From: the human T2T-CHM13v2.0 reference genome, Homo sapiens
Length of the DNA: 64,000 bases
Direction: 5' to 3' (one strand)
Assembly (NCBI RefSeq): GCF_009914755.1
Contig: NC_060938.1
Part shown: piece by piece, positions 1 through 33,420 of the stretch
How positions within the stretch are numbered: the stretch's first letter is position 1
Layout: every line of letters starts with the position of its first letter
The notes under the pieces: model-generated
Databases searched by the model: none
Told to the model about the DNA's origin: nothing
What the model saw: only the letters and a program-made list of their open reading frames with translations
Made by a program: the position numbers and the translations under genes

Positions 1-902
1 TTCAAATGTTGGGTATATAGAGTTTTCCTCCAGCTTCTCAATATTATAATAATATATTCAACAGCTTCACATACATAGAATTTTCTCTATTTTATTTTCT
101 TAGATTGCCACTACATTTTTATTGCTCTTGCTACATATAATCATTGTTTTTCCAAGAGATAGTACTAATTGGCACGATCACTAGCAATGTATGAAGTCCA
201 ATTGTGCCACATCCTTGAATATTTTTGTTTACTAATTTTGCTAGATTAATTGAAACAGTCTCATTATTTCTTTAATTAGCACCAGTGATTGGATTTTCTT
301 CATGTGTATTTACTAGTTGTATTTCTTTCATGAATTGTTTCTCCTTTGCATACAAATCTATTGAGGTCTTGGGAATTAACTTTAACTTTTAAAAATGTCT
401 ACATATGTATCTCACATATTGCTCATATTGCTATCACATAAAAATATCTACTTTTTGGTATTTTAAGTATATCCTTCTGGCTTTATATGTGCATCCAGTT
501 TTGTTTTTTTCAATGAACAAATACAAAATCACGTTAACCTACCTTTTTCTCATTCTGTATTCTAATGCCTTTATATGAAAATTTTAATATTTTACAATTG
601 GTGATTAATGCCCTTTCCTGAAATTTGGAAAAATGTATATAGAAAACTATAAAGAAGAAAAATGACCTATTATTTTACCACCCAGAGATAATGGCTATCA
701 ATATATTTTAGTTCCTTTCCATTTTTAATGCATCCATGTTTTTCCTCAAAATTATCATGCTATATACACACAAATATATGATGTTTACTGAATATTCAGT
801 ATATTGTTATTTCAAAATTATCATGGTCTTGGAGGTTTGTTTTCAATTTTTATTATTTTAAATGTTTTCCGTAAACATCTTTTTATAAAAGTCTTTGTTC
901 TT

Positions 903-1184
903 CAGGAACAGAAAACCAAACACCGCATGTTCTCACTCGTAAGTGAGAGTTGAGCAATGAGAGCACATGAACACAGGGAGGGGAACATCACAGACTGGGG
1001 CCTGTTGGTGGGTGGGGGCAAGGGGAGGGGGAGCATTAGGACAAATACCTAATGCATGCAGGGCTTAAAACCTAGATGACGGGTTGATAGGTGCAGCATA
1101 CCACCATGGCACATGTATACCTACGTAACAAGCCTGCACATTCTGCACATGTTCTACGGAACTTAAATAAAATAAAAATTTACA
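903..1184 (+). mobile_element. 5'-truncated L1PA (about L1PA8-10) 3' end
   Basis: L1 3'UTR text (ttaaaacctagatgacgggttgataggtgcagca...) and A-rich tail; degenerate TSD aaaagt(c/g)t(t/a)tgttctt at 887-902 and 1185-1200. Confidence 0.85.
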
Positions 1185-1521
1185 AAAAGTGTATGTTCTT
1201 ATTATTTTTAATAGTCTTTTATAAGTGTTTTCAAGTATATAATTATTTGAAAATTCTTTATATCTATTGCCAAATTGCTTTCCAGAAAGGTAATTTATAT
1301 AATTTGCATTTTCACCAGCTTTTTACACACCTCATCACTCCTCACTAATGTTGACTATTATCTTATTTTTAAATATTTATTAATTCAGTAGTTGGAAATG
1401 GCATCTCTTTGTTTTTATTCATTTCTAAATGTCAATTCATTAATAAGAAAAATAGGATCCCACAAGAACATTTTAATGAAAGGAAGTAGGCTTTTCCTAA
1501 TAGCTGGTTGTAATGGTTATA

Positions 1522-1525
<4 letters not shown>

Positions 1526-1576
<51 letters not shown>
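1526..1576 (+). repeat. (TG)25 microsatellite
   Basis: Pure TG run ending ~50 nt upstream of the exon acceptor at 1628. Confidence 0.97.
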
Positions 1577-1577
<1 letters not shown>

Positions 1578-1610
1578 AGAACAAACACTGGAGTCCCATG
1601 CCTAAAGTAG

Positions 1611-16987
<15,377 letters not shown>

Positions 16988-17081
16988 AAGAAATATTTTC
17001 CTACTTCTTACAAGAATAATATACCCCTAGTTGCAAGAATGAATTATTCCGGAAGACACCCTGGATGAAAAATAACATTTT

Positions 17082-17087
17082 AATAAA
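17082..17087 (+). terminator. AATAAA poly(A) signal for the canonical SLC38A6 3' end
   Basis: AATAAA about 95 nt after the stop; further hexamers at 16979 and 16983 overlap the last codons and stop. Confidence 0.6.
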
Positions 17088-19891
17088 AATTATTAACAGA
17101 AAAGCAGAACAAAATGGCAGTGGGTATGGGGAAGTAAGAGTGTAGCAGTTTTAATCAAAAAAAGAAACAAACTCGAAATGCTCTTAAATATATTGGGTTG
17201 ATCTTTTGTTTTTTAAATTAATATTTTTATGGTAGTTTTATGTTTGCAGAAATACTGAACAGAAAGTACAGAGTTCACATATACCGTTTTACCCCAACAT
17301 ACAGTTTCCCCTATTATTAACTCTTGCGTTCATGTGGTACATTTGTTACATTTGATGAGCCAATATTAACTATTATTATTAACTAAAGTTCATAGTTTAC
17401 CTTAGGTTTCATTCTTGGCAGCCACTAGCAACCACTGATTTTTTTTTAACTTTTATTTTAGGTTCAAGGGTACATGTGAAAGCTTGTTACATAGGTAAAC
17501 TCGTGTCACGGGAATTTGTTATACAGATTATTTCATCTCCCAGGTATTAAACCCAGTACTCATTAGTTACGTTTTCTGCTCCTCTCCCTCCTCCCACCCT
17601 CTACCCACCAGCCCCAGTTGTTTTTTTCTTTGTGTTCATAAGTTCTTACTATTTAGCTCTCACGTAGAAATGAAGACATGCAATATTTGGTTTTCTTTTC
17701 CTGTGTGTGTTTGCTAAGGATAAAAGCCTCCACCTCCATCCATGTTCCTGCAAAAGACATGATCTTATTTTTTATGGCTGCATAGTATTCCATGATATAT
17801 ATATACCATATTTTCTTTATCCAGTCTGTCATTGATGGGTATATAGGGTGATTCCATGTCTTGGCTATAGTGAATAGTGCTACAGTGAACAGTGCTACAG
17901 TGAACATTTGCGTGCATGTGTCTTTATGGTGGAATAATTTATGTTCCTTGGGGTATATATTCAGTAATGGGATTGCTGGGATGAATGGTAGTTTTGCTTT
18001 TAGCTCTTTGAGGAATCACCATAGTGCTTCCACGATTGTTGAACTAATTTACACTCCCACCAAAAGTGTATAAATGTTCCCTTTTGTCCACAACCTCACC
18101 AGTATGTTATTTTTTGACTTTTTATTAATAGCCATTCTGACTGATGGGAGATGATAATCTCCTTGTGGTTTTGATTTGCATTTCTCTAATGATCAGTGCT
18201 ACTGAGCTTTCTTATGTGCTTGTTGGCAGCATGTATGTATGTCTTCTTTTGAGAAGTGTCTGTTCATGTCCTTTGCCCACTTTTTAATGGGGTGGTTTTT
18301 CTCTTGTAAATTTGTTCAAGTTCCTCATAGATGCCGGATATTAGACCTTTGTTGGATGTATAGTTTGCACATATTTTCTCCTGTTCTGTAGGCTGTTTGG
18401 TTTTTTTTGCTGTGCAGAAGCTCTTAAGTTTAATTAGATCTCATTTGTCAGTTAATTTTTGCTTTTGTTGCAATTGCTTGGTGCCTTTGTCATGAAATCT
18501 TTGCCCATTCCTATGTCTGGGATGGTATTGCCTAGGTTGTCTTCCAGGGTTTTTAAAGTTTTGGGTTTTACATTTAAGTCTTTAATCCATCTTGAGTTGA
18601 TTTTTATATATGGTATAAGGAAAGGGTACAGCTTCAATCTTCTGCATATGGCTAGCCAGTCATTCCAGCATCATTTATTGAATAGTGAGTCTTTTCCCCA
18701 TTGCTTGTTTCTTTCAGCTTTGTTGAAGATCAGATGGTCATAGGTGTGTGGCCTTATTTCTGGGTTCTCTATACTGTTCCATTGGTCTATGTGCCTGTTT
18801 TTATACCACTGTCATGCAGTTTTAGTTCCTGTAGTCCTGTAGTATAGTTTGAAGTGGGTTCATGTGATGCCTCCAGCTTTGTTCTTTTTGCTTAGGATTG
18901 CCCTGGCTATTCAGGCCCTTTTTTGGTTCCATATGAATTTTAAAATAGTTTTATCTAGTTCTGTGAAGAATGTCATTGGTAGTTTTATAGGAATAGCATT
19001 GAATCTGTAAATTGCTTTAGCCAATATGGCCATTTTAATGATAACGATTCTTCCTATCCATGAGCATGGAATGTTTTTTCATTTGTTTGTGTCTTCTCTG
19101 ATTTATTTAAGCAGTGTTTTATAATTCTCATTGTAGAAATCTTTCACCTCCCTGGTTAGCTGTATTCCTAGGTATTTTATTCTTTTTGTGGCAATTGTGA
19201 ATGGGATTGTCTGATTTGGCTCTCAGTTTGGTTATTGGTGGTGTATAGGAATGCTAGTAATTTTTGTACATTGATTTTATATCCTGAAACTTTGCTGAAG
19301 TTATCAGCTCAAGGAGCTTTTGGGTGGAGACCATTCTAGATATAGAATCATGTCATCTGCAAACAGAGATAGTTTGACTTCCTCTCTTCCTATTTGGATG
19401 TCCTTTCTTTCTTTCTCTTGCCTGACTGCTCTGGCTAGGATTTCCAATACTATGTTGAATAGGAGTGGTGAGAGAGGGTATCCTCGTCTTAACGCCAGTT
19501 TTCAAGGGAAATGCTTCCAGGTTTTATCTATTCAGTATAATGTTGGCCATGAGTTTGTCATGGATGCCTCTTATTATTTTGAGGTATGTTCCTACAATAC
19601 CTAGTTTGTTGAGAGTTTTTAACATGAAGCAGTGTTGAATTTTTTTTTTTTAAGTCTTTTTCTTTTTTTTTTTTTTTTTTTTTTTTATTATACTCTAAGT
19701 TTTAGGGTACATGTGCACATTGTGCAGGTTAGTTACATATGTATACATGTGCCATGCTGGTGCGCTGCACCCACTAACGTGTCATCTAGCATTAGGTATA
19801 TCTCCCAATGCTATCCCTCCCCCCTCCCCCGACCCCACCACAGTCCCCAGAGTGTGATATTCCCCTTCCTGTGTCCATGTGATCTCATTGT

Positions 19892-23743
<3,852 letters not shown>

Positions 23744-23782
23744 TCATTAGTTGATGCAGTTTCTTCGTAGTCTCGATGGTCT

Positions 23783-24799
23783 TTACATTTTGGCATGATT
23801 TTGCAGCGGCTGGTACCGGTTGTTCCTTTCCATGTTTAGCGCTTCCTTCAGGAGCTCTTTTAGGGCAGGCCTGGTGGTGACAAAATCTCTCAGCATTTGC
23901 TTGTCTATAAAGTATTTTATTTCTCCTTCACTTATGAAGCTTAGTTTGGCTGGATATGAAATTCTGGGTTGAAAATTCTTTTCTTTAAGAATGTTGAATA
24001 TTGGCCCCCACTCTCTTCTGGCTTGTTGGGTTTCTGCCGAGAGATCCGCTGTTAGTCTGATGGGCTTTCCTTTGAGGGTAACCCGACCTTTCTCTCTGGC
24101 TGCCCTTAACATTTTTTCCTTCATTTCAACTTTGGTGAATCTGACAATTATGTGTCTTGGAGTTGCTCTTCTCGAGGAGTATCTTTGTGGCGTTCTCTGT
24201 ATTTCCTGAATCTGAACGTTGGCCTGCCTTGCTAGATTGGGGAAGTTCTCCTGGATAATATCCTGCAGAGTGTTTTCCAACTTGGTTCCATTCTCCACAT
24301 CACTTTCAGGTACACCAATCAGACGTAGATTTGGTCTTTTCACATAGTCCCATATTTCTTGGAGGCTTTGCTCATTTCTTTTTATTCTTTTTTCTCTAAA
24401 CTTCCCTTCTCGCTTCATTTCATTCATTTCATCTTCCATTGCTGATACCCTTTCTTCCAGTTGATCGCATCGGCTCCTGAGGCTTCTGCATTCTTCACGT
24501 AGTTCTCGAGCCTTGGTTTTCAGCTCCATCAGCTCCTTTAAGCACTTCTCTGTATTGGTTATTCTAGTTATACATTCTTCTAAATTTTTTTCAAAGTTTT
24601 CAACTTCTTTGCCTTTGGTTTGAATGTCCTCCCGTAGCTCAGAGTAATTTGATCGTCTGAAGCCTTCTTCTCTCAGCTCGTCAAAATCATTCTCCATCCA
24701 GCTTTGTTCCGTTGCTGGTGAGGAACTGCGTTCCTTTGGAGGAGGAGAGGCGCTCTGCGTTTTAGAGTTTCCAGTTTTTCTGTTCTGTTTTTTCCCCAT
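23783..24799 (-). CDS. L1 ORF1p, intact 338 aa (L258Q variant)
   Basis: ORF track; REKG, ARR and YPAKLS motifs present. Confidence 0.97.
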   Translation of the reverse strand: MGKKQNRKTGNSKTQSASPPPKERSSSPATEQSWMENDFDELREEGFRRSNYSELREDIQTKGKEVENFEKNLEECITRITNTEKCLKELMELKTKARELREECRSLRSRCDQLEERVSAMEDEMNEMKREGKFREKRIKRNEQSLQEIWDYVKRPNLRLIGVPESDVENGTKLENTLQDIIQENFPNLARQANVQIQEIQRTPQRYSSRRATPRHIIVRFTKVEMKEKMLRAAREKGRVTLKGKPIRLTADLSAETQQARREWGPIFNILKEKNFQPRISYPAKLSFISEGEIKYFIDKQMLRDFVTTRPALKELLKEALNMERNNRYQPLQNHAKM

Positions 24800-25705
24800 C
24801 TTTGTGGTTTTATCTACTTTTGGTCTTTGATGATGGTGATGTACAGATGGGTTTTCGGTGTAGATGTCCTTTCTGTTTGTTAGTTTTCCTTCTAACAGAC
24901 AGGACCCTCAGCTGCAGGTCTGTTGGAATACCCTGCCGTGTGAGGTGTCAGTGTGCCCCTGCTGGGGGGTGCCTCCCAGTTAGGCTGCTCGGGGGTCAGG
25001 GGTCAGGGACCCACTTGAGGAGGCAGTCTGCCCGTTCTCAGATCTCCAGCTGCGTGCTGGGAGAACCACTGCTCTCTTCAAAGCTGTCAGACAGGGACAC
25101 TTAAGTCTGCAGAGGTTACTGCTGTCTTTTTGTTTGTCTGTGCCCTGCCCCCAGAGGTGGAGCCTACAGAGGCAGGCAGGCCTCCTTGAGTTGTGGTGGG
25201 CTCCACCCAGTTCGAGCTTCCCGGCTGCTTTGTTTACCTAAGCAAGCCTGGGCAATGGCGGGCGCCCCTCCCCCAGCCTCGTTGCCGCCTTGCAGTTTGA
25301 TCTCAGACTGCTGTGCTAGCAATCAGCGAGATTCCGTGGGCGTAGGACCCTCTGAGCCAGGTGTGGGATATAGTCTCGTGGTGCGCCGTTTCTTAAGCCG
25401 GTCTGAAAAGCGCAATATTCGGGTGGGAGTGACCCGATTTTCCAGGTGCGTCCGTCACCCCTTTCTTTGACTCGGAAAGGGAACTCCCTGACCCCTTGCG
25501 CTTCCCAGGTGAGGCAATGCCTCGACCTGCTTCGGCTCGCGCACGGTGCGCGCACACACTGGCCTGCGCCCACTGTCTGGCACTCCCTAGTGAGAAGAAC
25601 CCGGTACCTCAGATGGAAATGCAGAAATCACCCGTCTTCTGCGTCGCTCACGCTGGGAGCTGTAGACCGGAGCTGTTCCTATTCGGCCATCTTGGCTCCT
25701 CCCCC
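24800..25705. promoter_or_regulatory. L1HS 5'UTR: CpG-rich internal sense promoter and antisense promoter; YY1 site intact
   Basis: CpGs retained; CAAGATGGCCG on the - strand at 25684-25694. Confidence 0.85.
25255..25470 (+). CDS. L1 ORF0 (71 aa, antisense to L1)
   Basis: MAGAPPPASLPPCSLISDCC...RCVRHPFL*; Kozak gcaATGG; donors ccag|gt after 25360 and after 25445. Confidence 0.88.
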   Translation: MAGAPPPASLPPCSLISDCCASNQRDSVGVGPSEPGVGYSLVVRRFLSRSEKRNIRVGVTRFSRCVRHPFL

Positions 25706-26354
25706 CAGTGTTGAATTTTATCAGAAGCCTTTTCTGCACCTATTGAGATGATCATGTGGTTTTTGTCTTTAGTTCTGTTTATTTGATGAATCACATTTAT
25801 TGATTTGCATATGTTGAACCAACCTTGCATCCCGTATAAGTGTACTTGATCATGGTGGATTAACTTTTAATGTGTTGCTGGATTCAGTTTGCAAGTATTT
25901 TGTTGAGGATTTTTGCATCAATGTTCATCAAAGATATTGACCTGAAGTTTTCTTTTTTTATTGTGTCTCTGTCATGTTTTAGTATCAAGGTGATGCTGGC
26001 CTCATAGAATGAGTTAAGAGGAGTCCCTCCTCCTCAATTTTTTTGGAGTAGTTTCTGTAGGAATAGTACCTGCTCGTCTTTGTACATTTCCACTGATCAT
26101 TTTACTGTCTCCATAGTTTTGTCTTTTCCAAAATGTCATATAGTTGCAATCATATAGTATGTAGCCTTTTCAGACTGCCTTATTTCGTTTAGAAATATGC
26201 AATTAAGTTTCTTCTATGTCTTTTTGTGGCTTAATAGCTCCTTTCTTTGTAGCACTGAATAGTATTCCATTGTATGGATGTACCACAGTTTGTTTATCCA
26301 TTCACCTGTTGAAAGATCTCTTGGTTGCTTCCAAGTCTTTGCAATTACAAATAA

Positions 26355-26688
<334 letters not shown>

Positions 26689-27055
26689 CCTGTGTAGGTT
26701 TTTATGTAGACATAATTTGCAGCTTATTTGAGTAAATACCATGGAGCACAGTTCCTACACTGTATGGTAAGAATGTATTTAGTTTTATGAGAAATTGCCA
26801 AACTACCTTCCAAAATGGCTGTAACATTTTATATTCCAGAGAGCAGTAAATTAGAGTTTCTGTTGTCTTACATCCTCACCAGCATTTGGTGGTGTCAGTG
26901 TTTTAGATTTTCACCATTCTAATTGGCATGTAGTGGTATCTCGTTGTTTTAGTTTGCAGTTCCCTAATATGATATTGAGCATCTTTTCATATGCATATTT
27001 GCCATCTGTTTATTTTCTTTGGTAAAGTATCTGTTTAGCTCAACTCTCTTTTGCC

Positions 27056-27175
27056 TTTTTTTTTTTTAAATACTGGGTCTTGCTATGTTGCCCCGACTGG
27101 ATTTAAATTCCTGGGCTCAAGTGATCCCAGTGCCTCAGCATACTGAGTAGCTGGGACTGCAGGCACATACCACCA
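27056..27175 (-). mobile_element. FLAM/AluJ monomer
   Basis: gggtcttgctatgttgccc...ctcaagtgatcc...gggactgcaggc. Confidence 0.7.
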
Positions 27176-27238
27176 TTTGTTAATTGTTTTCTCATTGTTG
27201 ACTTTTAAGCATTCTTTTTAGATTTTATATTTCTGGGG

Positions 27239-27537
<299 letters not shown>

Positions 27538-28288
27538 ATTTCTGTTCTTTATATGTGTTTTGCAAAGATTTTTTTTTCCCCATTTTGTGGCTTGCTGTTT
27601 TATTCTCTTAACAGTGTCTTTCAAAGAGCAGAAGTGTTTAAATGTTCTTAAATATATTGGGTCAATCTTTTGTTTGTTTGTTTTAAGAAATCAGTGTATT
27701 AAATTTATATACAAAATTGATTCTTAGCTATGTTTTAATTTTGTTAGCATCAGTCACTAATAACAAAACTGAGATTGTTCTACTTGGTAGAATTTAGAGG
27801 GATTTTGCCCTCCCTCTAAATCCTATCTAAAAACTTTTATAACTTTCCTCTTCTGTTCATTATGAGATAGACCTGTGATGACTGCCTGTGTACTTCAAAG
27901 TCCTTTCTCTGAGTTTTCTTAGTTGGTCACTAAAACAGGCAACATTCTACTTGGCAGAGACAAAATGTTGATCATTTCTATAATATTTTGTTTGGAGGTT
28001 ATAAATCATTGCAGCTTCTCATTGACATGGCTTATTTCAGGTTAGGAACCAGAACCTAGGGCTCTCCTCCCATGAAATTCTACTAAAGCCAGGGTGTATC
28101 AGTAAAAATGTAATCCTACCCCAGTACACATGTAAAGTAGAGAATTGCATGCAAAGTGCCGGTTTTCATATATGGAAATACACTCTTTTGCAGGTGCACC
28201 TTTGCTTCTCACTTAGGAAATAAGCCGAAAAATTGACAACCGAGCTTCTCTTTTGAGAAGATCAAGATACTTATTTAGCAACTGGAGA

Positions 28289-28450
28289 ACAGTGTAGTGT
28301 AATGGTAAAAGACCAAGCTCTTGGGTTAGAAAGACTTGGATTCAAGTCTCAGTGTAAGGCACACTACGTAACCTCTATAAGCCTCCATGTTCACATCTGT
28401 AAAATGGAGTTAATGCCTATTATACAGGGTCATATTGATAGAATTAAATG
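28289..28450 (+). mobile_element. MIR remnant
   Basis: acagtgtagtgtaatggtaaaaga...catctgtaaaatgg core. Confidence 0.6.
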
Positions 28451-31177
28451 CTCTGTATTAATTAGGTGCAGACCAAAACAGACTCTTTTGATAGATTAAA
28501 TGTTTATCCCCTTCGTCCATTCCCTTATCTGGACCAATGAAATGAGTTTGCTTTCCACTAAGGACATGGAAACATACCTTGAATTTCTTCATCTTGCATG
28601 AGAATTATTTTCAGAATCTTTCTCTAGCCTTCACTCACAGGGGAACTGGCCCCAGGTGCACGTTTTGAGTGCTTTCCCACAGTTTACCTCAGCTGTACTC
28701 TCCTACTAATAATGCCTTCCTGAAACTAGGCACTTAGAATGGTCCCAGGCCACAGCCAGACATGGCCTCCCATGTGGCTTCAGGTCAGCCAGAGCCAGTC
28801 AATCCGATATCCTACTACTCGTACCCTCTTCTTCTGTTTATGACATTATGGATCCAAATACAGATAGGTGTGCAGCTACTTAAATAAGTCTAACTCCAGT
28901 AATACCAAAATAACCCTAAATCTGCAACAGATGCAAGGATGCCCCCTGGGGGCAATTGTTAAGTGTGATGACAGCTGGGCATCAATTAATACATTTGTCA
29001 CCTGCTCATGAGATAGGATCATGGGAGGTTTGGCAAAGGGACAGTCTGTTGAACACTGCACAAAACTTAGTAGCAAGAAAAATTATTTGTGCAGGTATTC
29101 ATTTTTATTTTACTTTAATGTTCTGCCTTATCTAGTTGCCTGTTTTGAGTCACAACTTTCTCTGTGCATTTAGATGAGGTTAATAAGATGGCTGGTGAGA
29201 GCAGTGCCCCCTTCAGCCAAGATTACCAAAAAAAACCTTGTTCAAATGCCCCTCAGAATTTTTCCTGGGAAATATGGGCCTTCTCATTATGGGCTTAATG
29301 TTCATAATTTATTAGGTAATAACTATTTAAAATAAAACTAAGTAAAGCAGAAAATATATACTTTTCTAACATTTGGAGACTTGTTTGCTAAATTAAAAGA
29401 CGAAGTGCCAAGACTATAAATTACTTTCGTATGTTGAGGGTGAATGTTTAAATTGTACTTTTTTATTTTTAACAGAATGTTTACTCATGAGCTTAGCATT
29501 TAAATGGTTAAAACAAGGCTTTGAAGTTAACACTCCATTAAGATGAATGGGGGTAATTCACACCTCTGCTTGTGCTATATTATTTCAGTCTGGTTGCAGA
29601 GAAAACAAGACAGCAGTAGGTTGATTTACTGTGTGAAGGCCCTTTAAACACCCAAGGTCTGGAAATCTTTGGGGTGTGTGTGTGTGTGTGTATGCTTTTC
29701 CATCTAGAAGCAGGATCTGAAATTCAATACAATCTAGGTATAGAATCGAGGTCTTGAAAATACTAAAGATTCTCTGCTATCCAGCAATTCCATATCTGGC
29801 ATTTGACGGGTAGCACGTTACTGGATCAACCCAACCTCTCTGGCTTTGTTTGCTACTGTACTGTAGTGTTTCTTCCTACCACAGCATTTTTTAAACTTCA
29901 GCTTAGTATACTGGTAAATCCATCAGTGGAAAAGCAGAAACGAATTATCCATTTTCCGGTGAACTTTGTATGTGCCTTCAGATGGGTTATGAGCTAAGCA
30001 TTGGTCTTCATGTGCTCCTTTTTAAAACATTTTCATCTTTGCAAAATCTCCTGTTCTATATTTACCTACATATAAAGCATCTACCTTTAAGAACTTTACA
30101 ATTTTTTCTCATATCCCTGGGGTAGTGAAGTAAGCAGAGATCAGTTGAAAAAGAGACATTTCTTTCTCAATGTGTCCTTTAAACCAGTTCTATATTGTAT
30201 TTGAAATGTGTATTCCACCCATTGGTGGAAGTGCTACAGCCATTTGACCCTGAAATGATTCATTTTAGGGCCTGGGAATAAGGTTATCTTAACACAAATG
30301 AAATGGCAAACACTGTATAAGATGTTAATGAGTTTGGAAGATCTATCTTTAAGGTAAACAGATTTTTCTCTTCTCTCTTCTCTGTCCTGCATGTTTGCAG
30401 GCTCAGGTTACTGGGTAATCTGTGGGTAGCTAGGTGTGGAGAGTACTTCCACTCTGGCTGGCTGTAGTGCTGACACTGCCAATACAGTATATACAGAGAG
30501 AAAATAGATGCTAGAAACAGAGGGACTCAAACTGAATTAATTTTAACCTGTTTTTCTTTTTGGCATGTTAACAGCTCTCTGTGGCTGTGTTAGAATTAGC
30601 CCTATGTTAAACATACTTTACTTCCTGCAAATTTTTCTGCCTAGATTTTAGGTGTCATAATTTTTGACCTTAGAACATTTCAGAATCTTTTTATTGTACT
30701 GAGAAATTTGTTTTTTAAAAAACTCAAATACACAATTTATTCTTCTGATAATCTTCCTGTATTTTTTCCATAAGGAGGTAGGAAAAGTAGGAAACAAAAT
30801 TTTGATGGAGGATGAATAAAGATATTGTGGACATGGTTTCTTTATTGCAATCAGAATCCTTTCTGTTTGTCACCCTTCCTAAACAATCTGATAAATGTGT
30901 TTATTATCACAGTAATCTGTTGTCCTGCTTTGCCAAGCTGTCAGTCAGGACAAGCAATTATAAGGAACAGGAAGACTCATCTTGGCTGATGGCCAGGTGG
31001 GCAGGTGGGAATAAGAGGTTTATTCACCTGTGGTACAAAGTAAATGGGTAGAAAGGAAAATTGAGTTGCCAGGGAGAAAAAAAAAACACAAAAACAGATG
31101 GATGAAAAGACATTGTAATATGGGATGCTATAAAGAAAAAGACTTGCAGAGAAATGTTTCTCACTTGTTTGAGTGTA

Positions 31178-31401
31178 CAGTCATCCCTTGGGGGATTGGT
31201 TCCAGGATCTCCCTCATATATCAAAATCCATGCACATTCAAGTCCTGCTGCAGAACCACATATACAAAATATCAACCCTGTGTAAACATGCGCAGATTTT
31301 GCATCCTGAAAATACTATATTTTTTATCCGTATTTGATTGAAAAAAGTCAACTGTTAGTGAACCCGTGCAGTTGAAACCCATGTTGTTCAAGAGTCAACT
31401 G
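31178..31401 (+). mobile_element. MER8-like TcMar-Tigger MITE
   Basis: Ends ta-CAGTcatccc... and ...gttcaagagtcaaCTG; internal ggggattggttccagga. Confidence 0.75.
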
Positions 31402-32599
31402 TGTATATATTTTATCTAGTGTTCATCAGTGGACAGATACACAACACAAGCAAAAGGGCTGGCTAATTCATTCAGCAAATTCTTAGCACATATTATGTCC
31501 TAGAAGTTGAGCTAGTCCCAAGGTCATGAAACTATGTAAGACATACATACATCTTGCTTGAAAAAAGTTCAGATACAACTTTTATTTTTCTGACTGAACA
31601 TTTTCAGACCAACTTGATAAGTGAAATTGCTTAAATGAAAAATTATACATGTATTTTTAATATATACATATGTTTTTAAAAAAAGATTTTGGAGTCAAAA
31701 TTACCTGTGTTCGAATCCCAGCTTCTGTCTCTTTCTATATCTTTCTAATTTTGGACAAGTTACTATTCTCTGAACTTGCTGAAGACTCAATATTTGACTG
31801 GGTTTTCTCTCAACCAGAGGAAACTCTCCTTCAAGTGAGATTACATATTTGGGAAAAACTCGAGTAAGCCGTTAAGCATTGAATATACGTACACTTTTAT
31901 TACTTTACTGTCCCTCAAATCACATAACTTCCAACCATGTTGTCTCTTCTGCCGTCTCTGCTTCAGACATTTAGTCAGCAGCCTGACTAGAAAACAGTAT
32001 TCTAGAAATATCCTGACCAATGCATTTATTTTCACTACTGATGTATTTTTCCCCGGAAAAAGTAATTCTTGTAGTTTCGTAGTAAATATTATCCACATAT
32101 TTTGACTTTACATCAGCATTTTTAGCAATGACATTACACTTTTGGCTTATAAAGTATGTGGTCAGAAAAGCTGCAGGCCTTTTTTAGGTAAATTACCCTG
32201 GTTTCTAGAACCCTGTACTTGTGCTGTTGATTTACATTTTTTAAATATGAGGGAATATACATGCACACACACACACATATATATATATACACATATGTAT
32301 AGGTACACATATACATACATACATATGTATCTGTTATCTATGTGTTAAATTTCATCCTGTTAGCTTCAGTGCACCACTTAAGCAGTTGAGATCTTTTTTT
32401 TGAATCTTGATTCTAGTGCATCAGTCACCATTCCCGCTTTTGTGACATTCTTCATCATACTTACATTTTTTCATCCCATTCACAGATAAAAAAGTTAAAT
32501 GAGACAAGACTAACCAGAGGGCCCTGCAGCCCACCGCTATCAGTATTTCTCTTGAGTTGTTATTAATCTATACTTTGGATGAAGTTGTTAATATTCCTG

Positions 32600-33420
32600 T
32601 AGTGTCATCTAACCTGCATTTCCTCACTTCCCTTGGAAGTGACCCCCAAATCAGTGGGTACAGCCTAAACTCCTATCTGTTTTCTGTATTTCTAGTTGCT
32701 TCAGAACATTTCTGCTTGGGGGCTCCACAATCACTTCAAACTTAACATGTCCAAATCCATTCCTCACTACAGTTTTCTCATATCTGTCAGCAGCCCCTGT
32801 TTTCATCCAACATCCCAACTGGCTTTCTTGCTTCCATTCCTGCTACCTACAGTCCACTTTCATACTGCAAAGTAGTTGTTTAAAAATTCAAATCAGATTA
32901 TATTGCTACCCTGATTAATTTCCTCCAAGGGCTTTCCATCTCACTTAGAATGAAATCCATGCCATGGCCTACAAGGCTCAATTTTGTCTGTACCTACTTA
33001 TTTCTCTGATGTCAATGTATCTTTCATTCTCCAGCCACACTGGCCTTTCTGCCCCTGGAACACACCAAGCTTGTTCCCTCACACTTACTGTTTTCCCTAC
33101 TTAGAGCATAATTTTCAAAGACCTTTGCAAGCCGGGCTTCTTATTTAAGCCTCGGGTCAACTGTCACCCCCTCAGAGAGGTCTGCCCTGCCTGTCTTATG
33201 GTCATGACCGTCTTATGGCCCCCAACACATGGTAGTGCTTTTAACTTTACCCTGTTATACAGGTCACTGCTGGAAATCTTGTTTATGTGTTGTCTGTGTC
33301 CACTAGACTGAAAGTTTCATAAGAACTGGGACATAACTGTCTTATTTATAACCAAATCCTCAGAGCTTAGGACAGTGCCTGGTACTTTGGAGTGGCTTAA
33401 TATTTGTTGAATGAATGCAT
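32600..33420 (+). mobile_element. L2 (L2a-like) 3' segment
   Basis: Ends acagtgcctgg...atttgttgaatgaatg, the L2 3' terminus. Confidence 0.75.

Noticed and set aside
17870-17906. 15-bp tandem duplication in the old L1PA and a 24-bp imperfect duplication near 63470-63513
   Set aside because: Ordinary slippage events with no sign of function.
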